Below, piece by piece: positions 1-9,199 of a DNA stretch of 64,000 nucleotides. The notes under the pieces were generated by a model. That model had not been told where the DNA came from. It ran no database searches and saw only the letters and a list, made by a program, of their open reading frames with translations. The position numbers and the translations under genes were made by a program. Source of the DNA: Promethearchaeota archaeon (GTDB taxonomy: Archaea > Asgardarchaeota > Heimdallarchaeia > Hodarchaeales > Hodarchaeaceae); contig JBHLMN010000012.1 of assembly GCA_048938105.1 (NCBI GenBank), positions 96,001 to 160,000 on the forward strand. The letters run 5' to 3'. How positions within the stretch are numbered: position 1 is the stretch's first letter; the number at the start of each line of letters is the position of its first letter.

Positions 1-1
1 T

Positions 2-739
2 AGAAATAATCTAGTTCAATTGAATGAATTCGCAGTTGTAGGAATCCCTGGAGAATTTTATGCAAAATATTTTATTTCCGATGTTGGGACGAATAACACT
101 TCCAGAGATAATTATTGGAGTGACTGGAGTGGTTCAGGGCCACATTATAACCCCTACGATCCATCTCCATTGTTAAATCCACTTCATCTATCTGCTCCGA
201 TATTTACCTCTCCAACAACTGATGTGGAGAAATTAGAAGGAATAATTAACATTCAATGGACTTCTTCAATAGATACATATGGTCATCCTCTCACCTATAC
301 TCTATATTTCTCTAATGATTCTGGATCAACTTGGATTGAATTAGCTTCAGAATTAACCGGAACAAATTACAGCTGGGATTTATCAAATATTTATAATGGG
401 ACGAGTATTCGTTTTAAAATCCAAGCTTTAGATAATGTAGGTTTCAAAAGCACCACTTTTTCTTTGGTTCAATATATTGTCATCAATCCAGATCTAATAC
501 ATCTCCCTCCTACCTCAACTTCTCCCACCTCAACTTCTCCCAGCTCAACTTCTCCCAGCTCAACTTCTCCTGGCTCAACTTCTCCCACCTCAACTCTTCC
601 CACCTCAACTTCTCCCAGCTCAACTCCTACTAAAACTGATACAAGTGATGTTACTGTAACGCCTAGTTGGACTTTTCACATGTTACTACCTTTCCTTTTC
701 ATTATATTCTTGTTAAAACATAAAAGGAAAACGGATTAG
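2..739 (+). CDS. Surface protein, C-terminal part (5' truncated): NosD/beta-helix-like tail, Ig/FN3-like domain, S/T/P linker, C-terminal sorting signal
   Basis: Frame is open from base 2 (RNNLVQLNEF...), so the true start is upstream of the window. Contains the DNYWSDW...DPSPL segment typical of beta-helix C-termini, a WTSSID..LTYTLYFS..SGSTW Ig-like domain, TSTSP repeats, and ends TPSW + hydrophobic helix + KHKRK. Confidence 0.75.
   Translation, partial: RNNLVQLNEFAVVGIPGEFYAKYFISDVGTNNTSRDNYWSDWSGSGPHYNPYDPSPLLNPLHLSAPIFTSPTTDVEKLEGIINIQWTSSIDTYGHPLTYTLYFSNDSGSTWIELASELTGTNYSWDLSNIYNGTSIRFKIQALDNVGFKSTTFSLVQYIVINPDLIHLPPTSTSPTSTSPSSTSPSSTSPGSTSPTSTLPTSTSPSSTPTKTDTSDVTVTPSWTFHMLLPFLFIIFLLKHKRKTD
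512..631 (+). repeat. Intragenic 15-bp tandem repeat, ~8 copies (consensus ACCTCAACTTCTCCC) encoding a (T/S)STSP linker
   Basis: Units visible at 512, 527, 542, 557, 572, 587, 602 and 617. Confidence 0.95.
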
Positions 740-1101
740 GTGAAAATTACAGGATTTGTTAAGTGCTAGAATTGAATGAACTTAGACAAAACAGTCAGAT
801 CCAACACACTGACATCTAATTGTACAAATAAATTGATCTTTCAGGTTATGGATTCATCGTTGCAGGTGTTGTTGACTATACTAGTCGTTCCTGGGGCAAC
901 CATATCGTCAAAGATACCATGATTAATAGAGCTCTTAATCCAATTTCGAATCTAACTGTTCCACGAATTGATGGGCTGGTCGAAGACACTTTCATAGATT
1001 CTTAAAGTCCTTTTTAGTGTGTTTCGTTTTCTATCCCTTTGTAAACATTAAAAAGTGATGGTAAAGTTAGAGATTAATATTTCAAACTAAGGGGATCAGA
1101 A

Positions 1102-1515
1102 ATGAATAACGATACAACATTAGAATGGGATCTCAGTTTTTGTGGTCTCAATTGTGCAGCATGTGAAATTTATCTTGCGTCACATGGCGATGATGAATTA
1201 CATGATGGACTCCTTAAATTCTTTCAAGAAAATTTTGATTCGAAAATTACCTCAGTATCTTGTGAAAAGTGTAGAGGGATGATAGATAAGTGTTGGACTT
1301 CTGAGTGTCACTTCCGAACCTGTGCTACTGACCAAGGATTGACCTACTGCTTTGAATGTAAAGATTTTGTTTGTGAAAAGTTAGAGGAATTTGGGAAACA
1401 ACCACCTGCAAGTCCAGATCATGGAAATACAGTAGAGAATCTGAAAAAGATGAAAGAAATGGGAGTAGAGGAATGGATTACTTCACAAAAAGAAGTGAAA
1501 TTCTGCCCTAAATAA
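1102..1515 (+). CDS. DUF3795-family Cys-rich (putative Fe-S/Zn) protein
   Basis: Pattern CGLNCAAC...CEKCR...C..C...C.....YCFEC..FVC..L; GGGGA RBS upstream. Confidence 0.8.
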   Translation: MNNDTTLEWDLSFCGLNCAACEIYLASHGDDELHDGLLKFFQENFDSKITSVSCEKCRGMIDKCWTSECHFRTCATDQGLTYCFECKDFVCEKLEEFGKQPPASPDHGNTVENLKKMKEMGVEEWITSQKEVKFCPK

Positions 1516-1635
1516 CCATTATATGAAATAGGCTTCTCTTAATCTAACCAAAGTGTGAGATAAATAGATTATATCTTAAAAGAAATAATACTCCTGTGAT
1601 TTCTTCGCAAGATATGGACAGAAAGATTCGTGCGA

Positions 1636-2043
1636 TTATTTCTGATAGTTTATTGGATCTATGAGTTCTAAATTCGATACCTTTGTAAACTGTTGGTCTG
1701 TGCTGATTATTTTCCCATCGTTCTCGAGTGCTGTAGCAGCATGATGAGAATCAAAAAAGCTCAGGTTGTATTCTTCCCTCAATGTTATTGAAAGAAGAAT
1801 TGTTTTTGGAGTCAATGCTAGCGAAGTGATGTTCGGAATCGCGACTAGGTTTGCAACATGACTCGCAAGATCGTCTTCGCGGTCATTTGACTTATATATC
1901 AGCTCCATTTCAATTAAAACGGATGTTGGTAATCCCACTTCATATCCAGACTTTATATGGGTGAAGAGCTTGCTAGCAAGCTTATGATGAGGGTCGTTTG
2001 TATTTAGAAAAGCGAAAATCATATCTGTTTCAATTATAGGCAT
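1636..2043 (-). CDS. vapC: VapC PIN-domain toxin
   Basis: IETDMIFA (D to E variant), D..H, E in helix, LSFFDSHHAATA, ISTDQQF; directly downstream of an AbrB-type gene. Confidence 0.9.
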   Translation of the reverse strand: MPIIETDMIFAFLNTNDPHHKLASKLFTHIKSGYEVGLPTSVLIEMELIYKSNDREDDLASHVANLVAIPNITSLALTPKTILLSITLREEYNLSFFDSHHAATALENDGKIISTDQQFTKVSNLELIDPINYQK

Positions 2044-2045
2044 TT

Positions 2046-2297
2046 TTACTTGTCCCTTTGGTTACTTTGTTTTATTTCCTTCATTGCTAAGTCGAGAGCT
2101 TCTTTTTTGAGTTCTTCTGTGGTCTTTTTCGTTGTGAATGCTCCTTTTAAGACTTTTAGAGGATCATTTGAAACTGGGATCAAGTAAATGCTGTTTTTAG
2201 TATGAACAGCCACTACTCGTTTCATAGATAACTTTTCACGCCATTCTTTAGGAATTGTTATTCTTCCCCTGTCATCCAAATCTAATACTATTGCCAT
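2046..2297 (-). CDS. vapB: AbrB/MazE-family antitoxin
   Basis: LDDRGRITIPKEWREKL swapped-hairpin motif; 2 bp from vapC. Confidence 0.9.
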   Translation of the reverse strand: MAIVLDLDDRGRITIPKEWREKLSMKRVVAVHTKNSIYLIPVSNDPLKVLKGAFTTKKTTEELKKEALDLAMKEIKQSNQRDK

Positions 2298-2312
2298 TTC
2301 AAGTCGATTATA

Positions 2313-2339
2313 TATGGGTGTACTTCCTTATAAACCCAT
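2313..2339 (-). promoter_or_regulatory. Putative vapBC promoter/operator: ATGGGT...ACCCAT inverted repeat bracketing a TTTATAA box
   Basis: Minus strand reads GATGGGTTTATAAGGAAGTACACCCAT, ending ~15 bp upstream of the vapB start; fits TA autorepression. Confidence 0.45.
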
Positions 2340-2451
2340 CTATGCCTCATTTCTCCCACTTGAAAAAAGTTGAAGTATGAGAAATTACAGGACTATTGGA
2401 TCTGACCCCTTTTAAATCTAACAAGCCATATTTATTTCATATTAATGTCCT

Positions 2452-2700
2452 TTACATATTTATCAATTTGGAATGAGAATTTTGAAGATTGGATTTATTG
2501 TCTTGAATTCGTAAATTAATTAATTCTGCTCTTCGAAGTCCAAAACAAAACCCTAGCTACATTGCAAATCTTGTTACTCGCTTTTCTGCTTTTAACCAAA
2601 ATTTTTGCCATTCTTCGGGTGTTACGGCAGTTCGGTCACATTTCTTTGAAAAATCACCTTTAAGGTGATATGTATTTCTATATAACAAGTATGACGACAT
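2452..2700 (-). pseudogene. Tyrosine recombinase/integrase remnant
   Basis: Manual translation MSSY...VTPEEWQKFWLKAEKRVTRFAM*LGFCFGLRRAELINLRIQD... contains the box I motif GLRxxELxxLxxxD, with an in-frame TAG at 2557-2559 and no box II. Confidence 0.7.
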
Positions 2701-2735
2701 TATGCATTGTGCGATTAACAAGAGTTGTACTTTGT

Positions 2736-3686
2736 TTATAAATTGATTATGAGTTTTCCTTTGACATGACCTTCTTCAAGATAGCGGATGGCTTCTGGAA
2801 CCTGCTCCAAAGTATAGCGTCGATCGATGACTGGTATTATTTTTCCAGCTTCAAGAAGATCCTTCAAAAAAATCAAATCACCTTTTGTGGGATTCGCCAC
2901 ATATGAGATCATCTTCTTGTCACCTCTTCTCAATTTCCCCTTTAAAACTAGGCCTGGAGAAAATGCTGTTGTTATGTATCTTCCATTGGACTTCAAAATT
3001 GGTTTGCAATCCGAAAATGACCTCTTGGCCACAGCATCAAAAATAAGGTCATACATCTCCTCTTTAAGGAGCGTAAAATCTTCTTGCGTATAATCTATCA
3101 CTTCATCTGCACCAATTGAGCGAACCATATCCAGATTAGTAGTACTGCAGACACCAGTTACAGTAGCTCCTAGAGACTTAGCAATTTGGACAGCAAATGT
3201 TCCAACACCACCAGATGCACCATTTATCAAAACATTCTGACCAGATTGAAGTTTGCCATGTTTTTGAAGACCTTGTAACGCGGTAACTCCCACTGCTGGT
3301 ACAGTTGCTACATCTTCAAAAGATACGTTGGGAGGTTTAATTAACAATAGTTCTTGAGTTGTGCATAGGTACTCTGCAAAACCACCTGCACCCTTGTTTG
3401 TCCCGAATACCTCATCACCCGGGTGAAACTCTGCAACTTTTTTACCAACTTTCTCCACCTGTCCAGAAAAATCATACCCTAGAATTTTGGTTCTTGGTTT
3501 TCTTAGACCACCCAAGACAATCCGTGCCATGAATGGTGTACCTCTTAGACCATGGGAGTCAGTTCGATTAACTGAAGCTGCATGCACTTTCAGTAATATC
3601 TCATCATCTTTGGGGACTGGTTTTTCAATTTCCTGCAATTCAAGAACATCAGGGGAACCGTATTCATGTCTGATAATGGCTCTCAT
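2736..3686 (-). CDS. NAD(P)-dependent medium-chain dehydrogenase/reductase (quinone oxidoreductase-like, non-Zn MDR)
   Basis: YGSPDVL, VHAASVN, GYDFSG, NGASGGVGTFAVQIAK, GADEVIDY, GHVKGK. Confidence 0.9.
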   Translation of the reverse strand: MRAIIRHEYGSPDVLELQEIEKPVPKDDEILLKVHAASVNRTDSHGLRGTPFMARIVLGGLRKPRTKILGYDFSGQVEKVGKKVAEFHPGDEVFGTNKGAGGFAEYLCTTQELLLIKPPNVSFEDVATVPAVGVTALQGLQKHGKLQSGQNVLINGASGGVGTFAVQIAKSLGATVTGVCSTTNLDMVRSIGADEVIDYTQEDFTLLKEEMYDLIFDAVAKRSFSDCKPILKSNGRYITTAFSPGLVLKGKLRRGDKKMISYVANPTKGDLIFLKDLLEAGKIIPVIDRRYTLEQVPEAIRYLEEGHVKGKLIINL

Positions 3687-3942
3687 TGTTTTTTCTCATC
3701 CTTTCCTTTATTACTGCGGAATAGTCTTTCTAAAATGCTGATATGTTCCCATTTTAAGAATTTCTTTGAAAAATAATTAACAATATCTCGATTCTAAATT
3801 ATTATTAATGAAATCTTTGATGTTGGACTATAATTCTTAAAAGCTAGCTTTCACAATTATAATCTGCCTTTGAGGATAAAGTACTAGGGAAGGAATTAAA
3901 CTTATAATCTGAAAAAGGGATTGTTTCATCCCATTCCTGGAG

Positions 3943-4479
3943 TTGGTTGAAATCTGTTATCAAATAATTCTAAGTGCTTCTAAAAATGTCAGCAGGGATC
4001 AAATTAGCGATATTCTTGAAAGGAACGAGATAGATTTTATCTCTATACCTTGTCCTAATGCCATCATACGAGAGAAGAAGAATGATAACTGTTATAGCCC
4101 ATTCAACCGTCATTGTGACTGTGATACCACTCTAGGAGCCTTTCTCCGAAAAAAAGACCGTATCACAAAAACTAAACGCAGAAAAATGAAAAAAGTTTAT
4201 TCGTCTCCTCAAGAAAGTGAAAAAGAAGTTCAGAGGCAACTCGAAGCCTGGAAAGAGCTTTTGAAAAATGATATTGAAACCCAACGCTGGATTTCTTTTC
4301 TTCAGGATATTTTTTCGAAAGTATGGCGTATTAATATCATCCTTCATTGGCAATCGCATGACCCTTTCATTATCAAAAGAGTTGAAACAAAATACCATAC
4401 TGAAATCACTCCTGATCTGCTTTTAAACATCGAAGAAGATGTGCTGTATGAATTTGTGAAAAGAATAAGCTACTTGTAA
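3943..4479 (+). CDS. Hypothetical protein (HCDC motif)
   Basis: 178-aa ORF with GGAG RBS before TTG; no family recognised. Confidence 0.6.
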   Translation: MVEICYQIILSASKNVSRDQISDILERNEIDFISIPCPNAIIREKKNDNCYSPFNRHCDCDTTLGAFLRKKDRITKTKRRKMKKVYSSPQESEKEVQRQLEAWKELLKNDIETQRWISFLQDIFSKVWRINIILHWQSHDPFIIKRVETKYHTEITPDLLLNIEEDVLYEFVKRISYL

Positions 4480-4585
4480 CCCCGTTCATGCTTAAGGATT
4501 CAAGATGTCCATGAAGAAATCTGACACGAAATGTCCCCATATCTGAACAAAGTTTCCTATAAATACCCTCTTCCCTTTTTTTTCT

Positions 4586-5701
4586 TTGACGAAATTACAC
4601 CTATTGGTGATACGAAATTTGCAATTACAAAAAATACAATCACGAGATCTGAATTTCCCCATAACTAACTACCTGCAATTAAGACGATCATCAGATCGCA
4701 AAATCTTCATCAGATGTGATTTTCCTGAACGAAAAATACTCCGTATCGATGAGAATACCGAAACTGTCGTTTTAAAAGCCCCCGTAGAATCTTTCGTGCC
4801 ACTTAACAATGAAAAATTTCTCATTCTTGAAAATAAGGGAACTTCAGTCACATATTGGTCAGAAAGCTCTAAGAAATTAGAAATTCTTCGATTTAAGGAG
4901 AAAAAGAGTTTTGACTTTGGCCTTCTCTTGTTAGCTCTTTTGTTGACATTCTTCAGTACTATTGCGATCTTAGATATGCATATCACGATGTATTTCCCAA
5001 TTCCTTCTCCATATCGTGAGCTTGTAACATTGTTAGCAATATCAGCAAGCATTCTTGCATTGATCAAATCTTACCGTACAATAGAATATGGTATCATTGC
5101 AGGAGATAAGCTAAAAGGTAATTTCTATTTACCTAAAGATTCAAATGTGCTGATTTTGCCATTAGACAAAATCGTTGCTAAAGAGAAAGAACTTGATTCC
5201 CATGTCATATTTCTAAAGGCTTTTGAGGATAACTCTGAAGTTAAAGTTTTAACTCGAACAGTAAAATCACTGTACTTATTAGACGCTGATCTTGAGATTC
5301 TATGGCACCTTCCAGTTAAAAGTGATCGCTGGGCACCTGAGGTAAGATTTATCAAACAAGATGACCCACAAATAATCTCTGATCTGATTCTTACAGATGG
5401 AAAAAACCTTTTCATTCTTGATCTGAATGGAAATGTAAAACAACAAATACAAATCCAGACTAGTCCAATTAAAAAAGTGATTACAATTGATACTGGTGAT
5501 ATAGATGGTGATGGCATAGAAGAGATCATTGTATCTGATTCATCAAAGATTCAGGTAATTAAGAACAAGAAAACCATTGCTACATATGATTTTCCAAGAT
5601 ATGTAACTGTACAGATGGCTGTTGCAGATTTGGATAATGATCAGATTGATGAAATTGTTGTATGCTATAATTATTGTCTTGAAATTCTTAAATCAGTGTA
5701 A
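4586..5701 (+). CDS. Membrane-anchored beta-propeller-like protein with FG-GAP/VCBS-type Ca-binding repeats
   Basis: TGDIDGDGIEEIIV and VADLDNDQIDEIVV motifs; two internal TM helices (aa ~110-160); start uncertain. Confidence 0.6.
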   Translation: MTKLHLLVIRNLQLQKIQSRDLNFPITNYLQLRRSSDRKIFIRCDFPERKILRIDENTETVVLKAPVESFVPLNNEKFLILENKGTSVTYWSESSKKLEILRFKEKKSFDFGLLLLALLLTFFSTIAILDMHITMYFPIPSPYRELVTLLAISASILALIKSYRTIEYGIIAGDKLKGNFYLPKDSNVLILPLDKIVAKEKELDSHVIFLKAFEDNSEVKVLTRTVKSLYLLDADLEILWHLPVKSDRWAPEVRFIKQDDPQIISDLILTDGKNLFILDLNGNVKQQIQIQTSPIKKVITIDTGDIDGDGIEEIIVSDSSKIQVIKNKKTIATYDFPRYVTVQMAVADLDNDQIDEIVVCYNYCLEILKSV

Positions 5702-5828
5702 AAAGCCAATCAACACCTAGCCTTACAACTCCCTCAATCTCAGTAGAGATTGGGACTGTAACAATCCACGAAATAATAATTATCTTAATCATCTGTTTCC
5801 GAATAGACGTAGTTGTGGAGGTTTCCAT
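5688..5828 (-). pseudogene. Possible C-terminal remnant of a PiT/PHO4 phosphate transporter
   Basis: Manual translation METSTTTSIRKQMIKIIIISWIVTVPIS..., resembling the PiT C-terminal I+xSW+xTxP motif. Confidence 0.3.
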
Positions 5829-6042
5829 AGTTAGCAACTTTTTTCTGTTATTTAGGGAGAAAGATTCAATGACATTATCCTAGATATGTGTCTTCGCATT
5901 TTTAATTATAAAAGAGTTATCAGTGATCTTTACATAAACAATCCTCTGTCTATCCTTTGTTTCCCCCTTTGAACCAGAGCCCTTCTTTTATCCTCTAATG
6001 CTTGTGTTGACGCTCGCGTGGTGTGCTGCGGTGGGATGGTGA

Positions 6043-6414
6043 GTGTTTAAACCTCCTCCCACACTTTTTTTTGACTCTGATATTACCATTAAGCGAAGAA
6101 ATGAATTAATGACGATAGAATGGGGTAATCTTCGTTTGCTGAGTATTTATATGGTAAATCCCCACAAGGCTCCTGGATTATACAGTATGTTAGCTTCAGG
6201 AAAAATCACGATCAATATTCGCCTTCTTCAGAAAGATAGGGAATCGAAAAAATTCCAAATTAGTAATATTGAAGCTAAAAAGGTTGGTGATGTTATCAAA
6301 CTTATTTCTGAGCGGATGCAATTAGAACCGCAAGTTTTAGAAGGAAAGGAAGCTCTTCAAGCTCACTCTCTTGAATATTTTGGGAAAAAAGGACTGGGAT
6401 GGCATCTAAGATAG
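6043..6414 (+). CDS. Hypothetical protein (true start possibly ATG 6109)
   Basis: ORF track; the annotated GTG start falls inside a GC-rich hairpin. Confidence 0.4.
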   Translation: MFKPPPTLFFDSDITIKRRNELMTIEWGNLRLLSIYMVNPHKAPGLYSMLASGKITINIRLLQKDRESKKFQISNIEAKKVGDVIKLISERMQLEPQVLEGKEALQAHSLEYFGKKGLGWHLR

Positions 6415-6599
6415 GAGCTATGAGCGCAAAGGTTGTTAAAGTTAGATGGAAATTTGAGAAGTCGTCAATGGATGAATCTTAGGATTTGAAAAGACATATC
6501 TTTGCACTGGTCGGAGACGAATATTAAGGTAAATTGGGAATCCCCACGATCGATGGTGCCCAGTTAATTGCTTTCTTCAAGGCTACTTGGTGTCTATTA

Positions 6600-7199
6600 A
6601 TGCAATTAGTGATTATTCGACATGGTGAAAGTGTTGCTAATGCCCAACGTATTCTTCAAGGACATTCCGAATACTCTCTTAGCGAGCTTGGACGTCAGCA
6701 AGCACACACTTTGAGTAATCGCTTGATCAAAAGGGCTTTTTCCTTCGATGTTGTCTATTCCTCCGATCTTGCGCGTGCAGTAGAAACAACTGAAATTCTT
6801 GCTAACCAACTCAAAATTCCCTCCAATAAGATAAATTATACAAAACTTCTTCGAGAACACGCTTTGGGTACATTTGAGGGTGTTAAATATGATGATTTGT
6901 CTCCTGAAAGAAAAAAAGTCTTTCAGGAAGTATTGGAGTTCCCTTCAAAAAAATTTCCTGGAGGGGAAAGTATTCATGACTATGTTTCTCGTTTAAAAGC
7001 TTTTTTACGTATTCTCGATAATCTGGATCCTCCCCCGAAATCTGTTCTTATAGTTGCTCATGGTGGTACGCTGTATCAACTTCTGATTCGAATCTGGAAG
7101 TTAATACCCGATATTGATGGATGGTTTACAAACTGCTCTATGACCATTGTAGAACAGAGAAATGACGCAAAATGGGTATTAATTTCCTTGAATGAATAG
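6600..7199 (+). CDS. Histidine phosphatase (PGM/CobC-like)
   Basis: RHGES, SSDLARAVET, LRE..LG.FEG, GGES, VAHGG; start moved to ATG 6600. Confidence 0.92.
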   Translation: MQLVIIRHGESVANAQRILQGHSEYSLSELGRQQAHTLSNRLIKRAFSFDVVYSSDLARAVETTEILANQLKIPSNKINYTKLLREHALGTFEGVKYDDLSPERKKVFQEVLEFPSKKFPGGESIHDYVSRLKAFLRILDNLDPPPKSVLIVAHGGTLYQLLIRIWKLIPDIDGWFTNCSMTIVEQRNDAKWVLISLNE

Positions 7200-7663
7200 A
7201 ATAATCAGTGGATTCTTTTTTCGCATTTTTGGGATATGCTAGCTGTTATATTCTTTACTAGAAAGCATTAGATTTAATTATTTTACTAATAGATATTGAA
7301 GACACAGCGAATCTCATTACCTATATGAAGAATAAAGATGTAGATATTGAGAGCATTTATAGAAAAGGGAAAAAAATGGGAATTTACTGGAATTGTTATT
7401 TCTGGATTTCTTACCCTTTCTGTACTATACGTATGAAATATCATGTTTAGACCAAGAAATTCCTTTTCTAACCTGATAGAACCAACTGAACAGCATCCTA
7501 TCCCACAACTTACATTCTTAGCCAGTTTGTTCTCTTATTCTCCTTCACTCAGTATAAAAAACTTCTTTCAATATTTCTAGAAAATAGTGTAAAAGCAGAG
7601 TAAAATCATCGTCAATGATAAATTACACCTACTTAAAAATATAGAACTTTCAGAGGTAAAAGC

Positions 7664-8830
7664 ATGAGAAAATTTAATTATCATCAACCTACTCGGATTC
7701 TTTTCGGTTGGCATCGTGTGAATGAAATTGGAAAAGTGATTTCACGTATTGGAAAAAAGTGTCTTCTTGTCACTGTTAAATCCTTTCCAGCCTTACAACC
7801 TGTATTTGACAAAGTAAAAAGATTGTGCATTGAAGCAGGAGTTGATGTGACTCATTTTGATGGTGTTATTCCCAATCCAGACATCTTTTGCATTAAATTA
7901 GGTTCTGAAATGGCTGTTGAAAATGAAATTGATGTTGTTTTAGGGGTAGGTGGTGGTTCAAGTATTGATACTGCTAAAGCTGTGGCTATTGGTGCCACTC
8001 ATGAAGGAGAAGTGTGGGATTACCGTCTAGGACAGAAAAGAGTGGTAAAGAATCAAGTTCTTCCAATTATAGCTGTCCCTACTACAGCAGGCACTGGATC
8101 TGAAGTCACACCAATGGCAGTAATAAAAAATCCTGATGAACACTTCAAGTCTGCACTTGCTGACTGGTCTCTAGCCCCAAGGGTTAGTATTGTTGATCCT
8201 GAACTTACCCTGACCCTTCCACCATATATTACTGCAGCAACAGGTTTTGACGTTTTTTGTCATGCATTTGAAAGTTTCTTGCATAAAAGAGCTTCAGATT
8301 ATGTCGACCTTCTCGCTTTAGAGGCAATAAGACTAGTGATTAATTATCTTCCAGTTGTTGTTAAAGAGGGTTCAAACAGAGAGGGAAGAGAGGCGATGTC
8401 ATGGGCAAGCACCTTTGGGGGGATTTGTATTACAAATGCGGGTACAACACTTGCCCATGGAATTGGTATGGCTATTGGAGGGCATGTTACAAATGTGATG
8501 CATGGAGAAGCACTAGCAGCCATATATCCAAAAGTTAACCATTGGACGTGGAAACATGCAAAATCAAAATATGCAACAGTAGGTAGAATATTTAATCCTG
8601 ATTTGAAAAATGAATCTGATGAAGTAGCAGCAGAAGAAGCATGCAATGAAATGGATATGTTTCTGAGAAAAATTGGTTTATGGATTAATTTGAGGGAGAT
8701 AAACGTGCTTGAAAATCAACTAAAAGCAATTGGGGATGATACAATGAAACTCAAAAACTATACTGTTCATCCTAAAGTCCCAACCATTGTAGAAATAAAC
8801 AATCTTATTTTAGCAAGCTACGATAAGTAA
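7664..8830 (+). CDS. Iron-containing alcohol dehydrogenase
   Basis: GGGSSIDTAK, PTTAGTGSEVT, DVFCHAFES, HGIG..., MHG metal ligands. Confidence 0.93.
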   Translation: MRKFNYHQPTRILFGWHRVNEIGKVISRIGKKCLLVTVKSFPALQPVFDKVKRLCIEAGVDVTHFDGVIPNPDIFCIKLGSEMAVENEIDVVLGVGGGSSIDTAKAVAIGATHEGEVWDYRLGQKRVVKNQVLPIIAVPTTAGTGSEVTPMAVIKNPDEHFKSALADWSLAPRVSIVDPELTLTLPPYITAATGFDVFCHAFESFLHKRASDYVDLLALEAIRLVINYLPVVVKEGSNREGREAMSWASTFGGICITNAGTTLAHGIGMAIGGHVTNVMHGEALAAIYPKVNHWTWKHAKSKYATVGRIFNPDLKNESDEVAAEEACNEMDMFLRKIGLWINLREINVLENQLKAIGDDTMKLKNYTVHPKVPTIVEINNLILASYDK

Positions 8831-9199
8831 ATCACGATAATTGTTAGATGAACAGGAGTTATCTACTATTTTCATTCACTCCTAATAACATTTGTTAAAA
8901 TTACTTGGTTTTCTTGTTATTCTTTCTTGTTACGCTTTCAATTCCTTTTTAATGAGTAAATAAACTTCAATACACTAATGGAGGGATGATCAGTACTTGT
9001 ACTTTTCTGGAGAATCTCCTCTATGAGTGATACTATTTCCTCCTTTAATCATTTTACGTAAATACATTGACTTATCCAGAATTGAACACTTTTACTCATT
9101 AAGACTGTGAAATTTTATTTTTAAAAATGGGATGGAGAAATAGAAGAGGGGAGAAGAAAAAAGTCGAAAATGATGTCTATTAGATAAAAACGAAGCATT

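Noticed and set aside
512-631. Tandem repeat as a possible CRISPR array
   Set aside because: The 15-bp units abut with no spacers, lie in frame within a CDS and encode an S/T/P linker; no cas genes are present.
6040-6064. tRNA 3' fragment/att site
   Set aside because: No proper T-loop (TTCRAAT) or acceptor stem can be formed.
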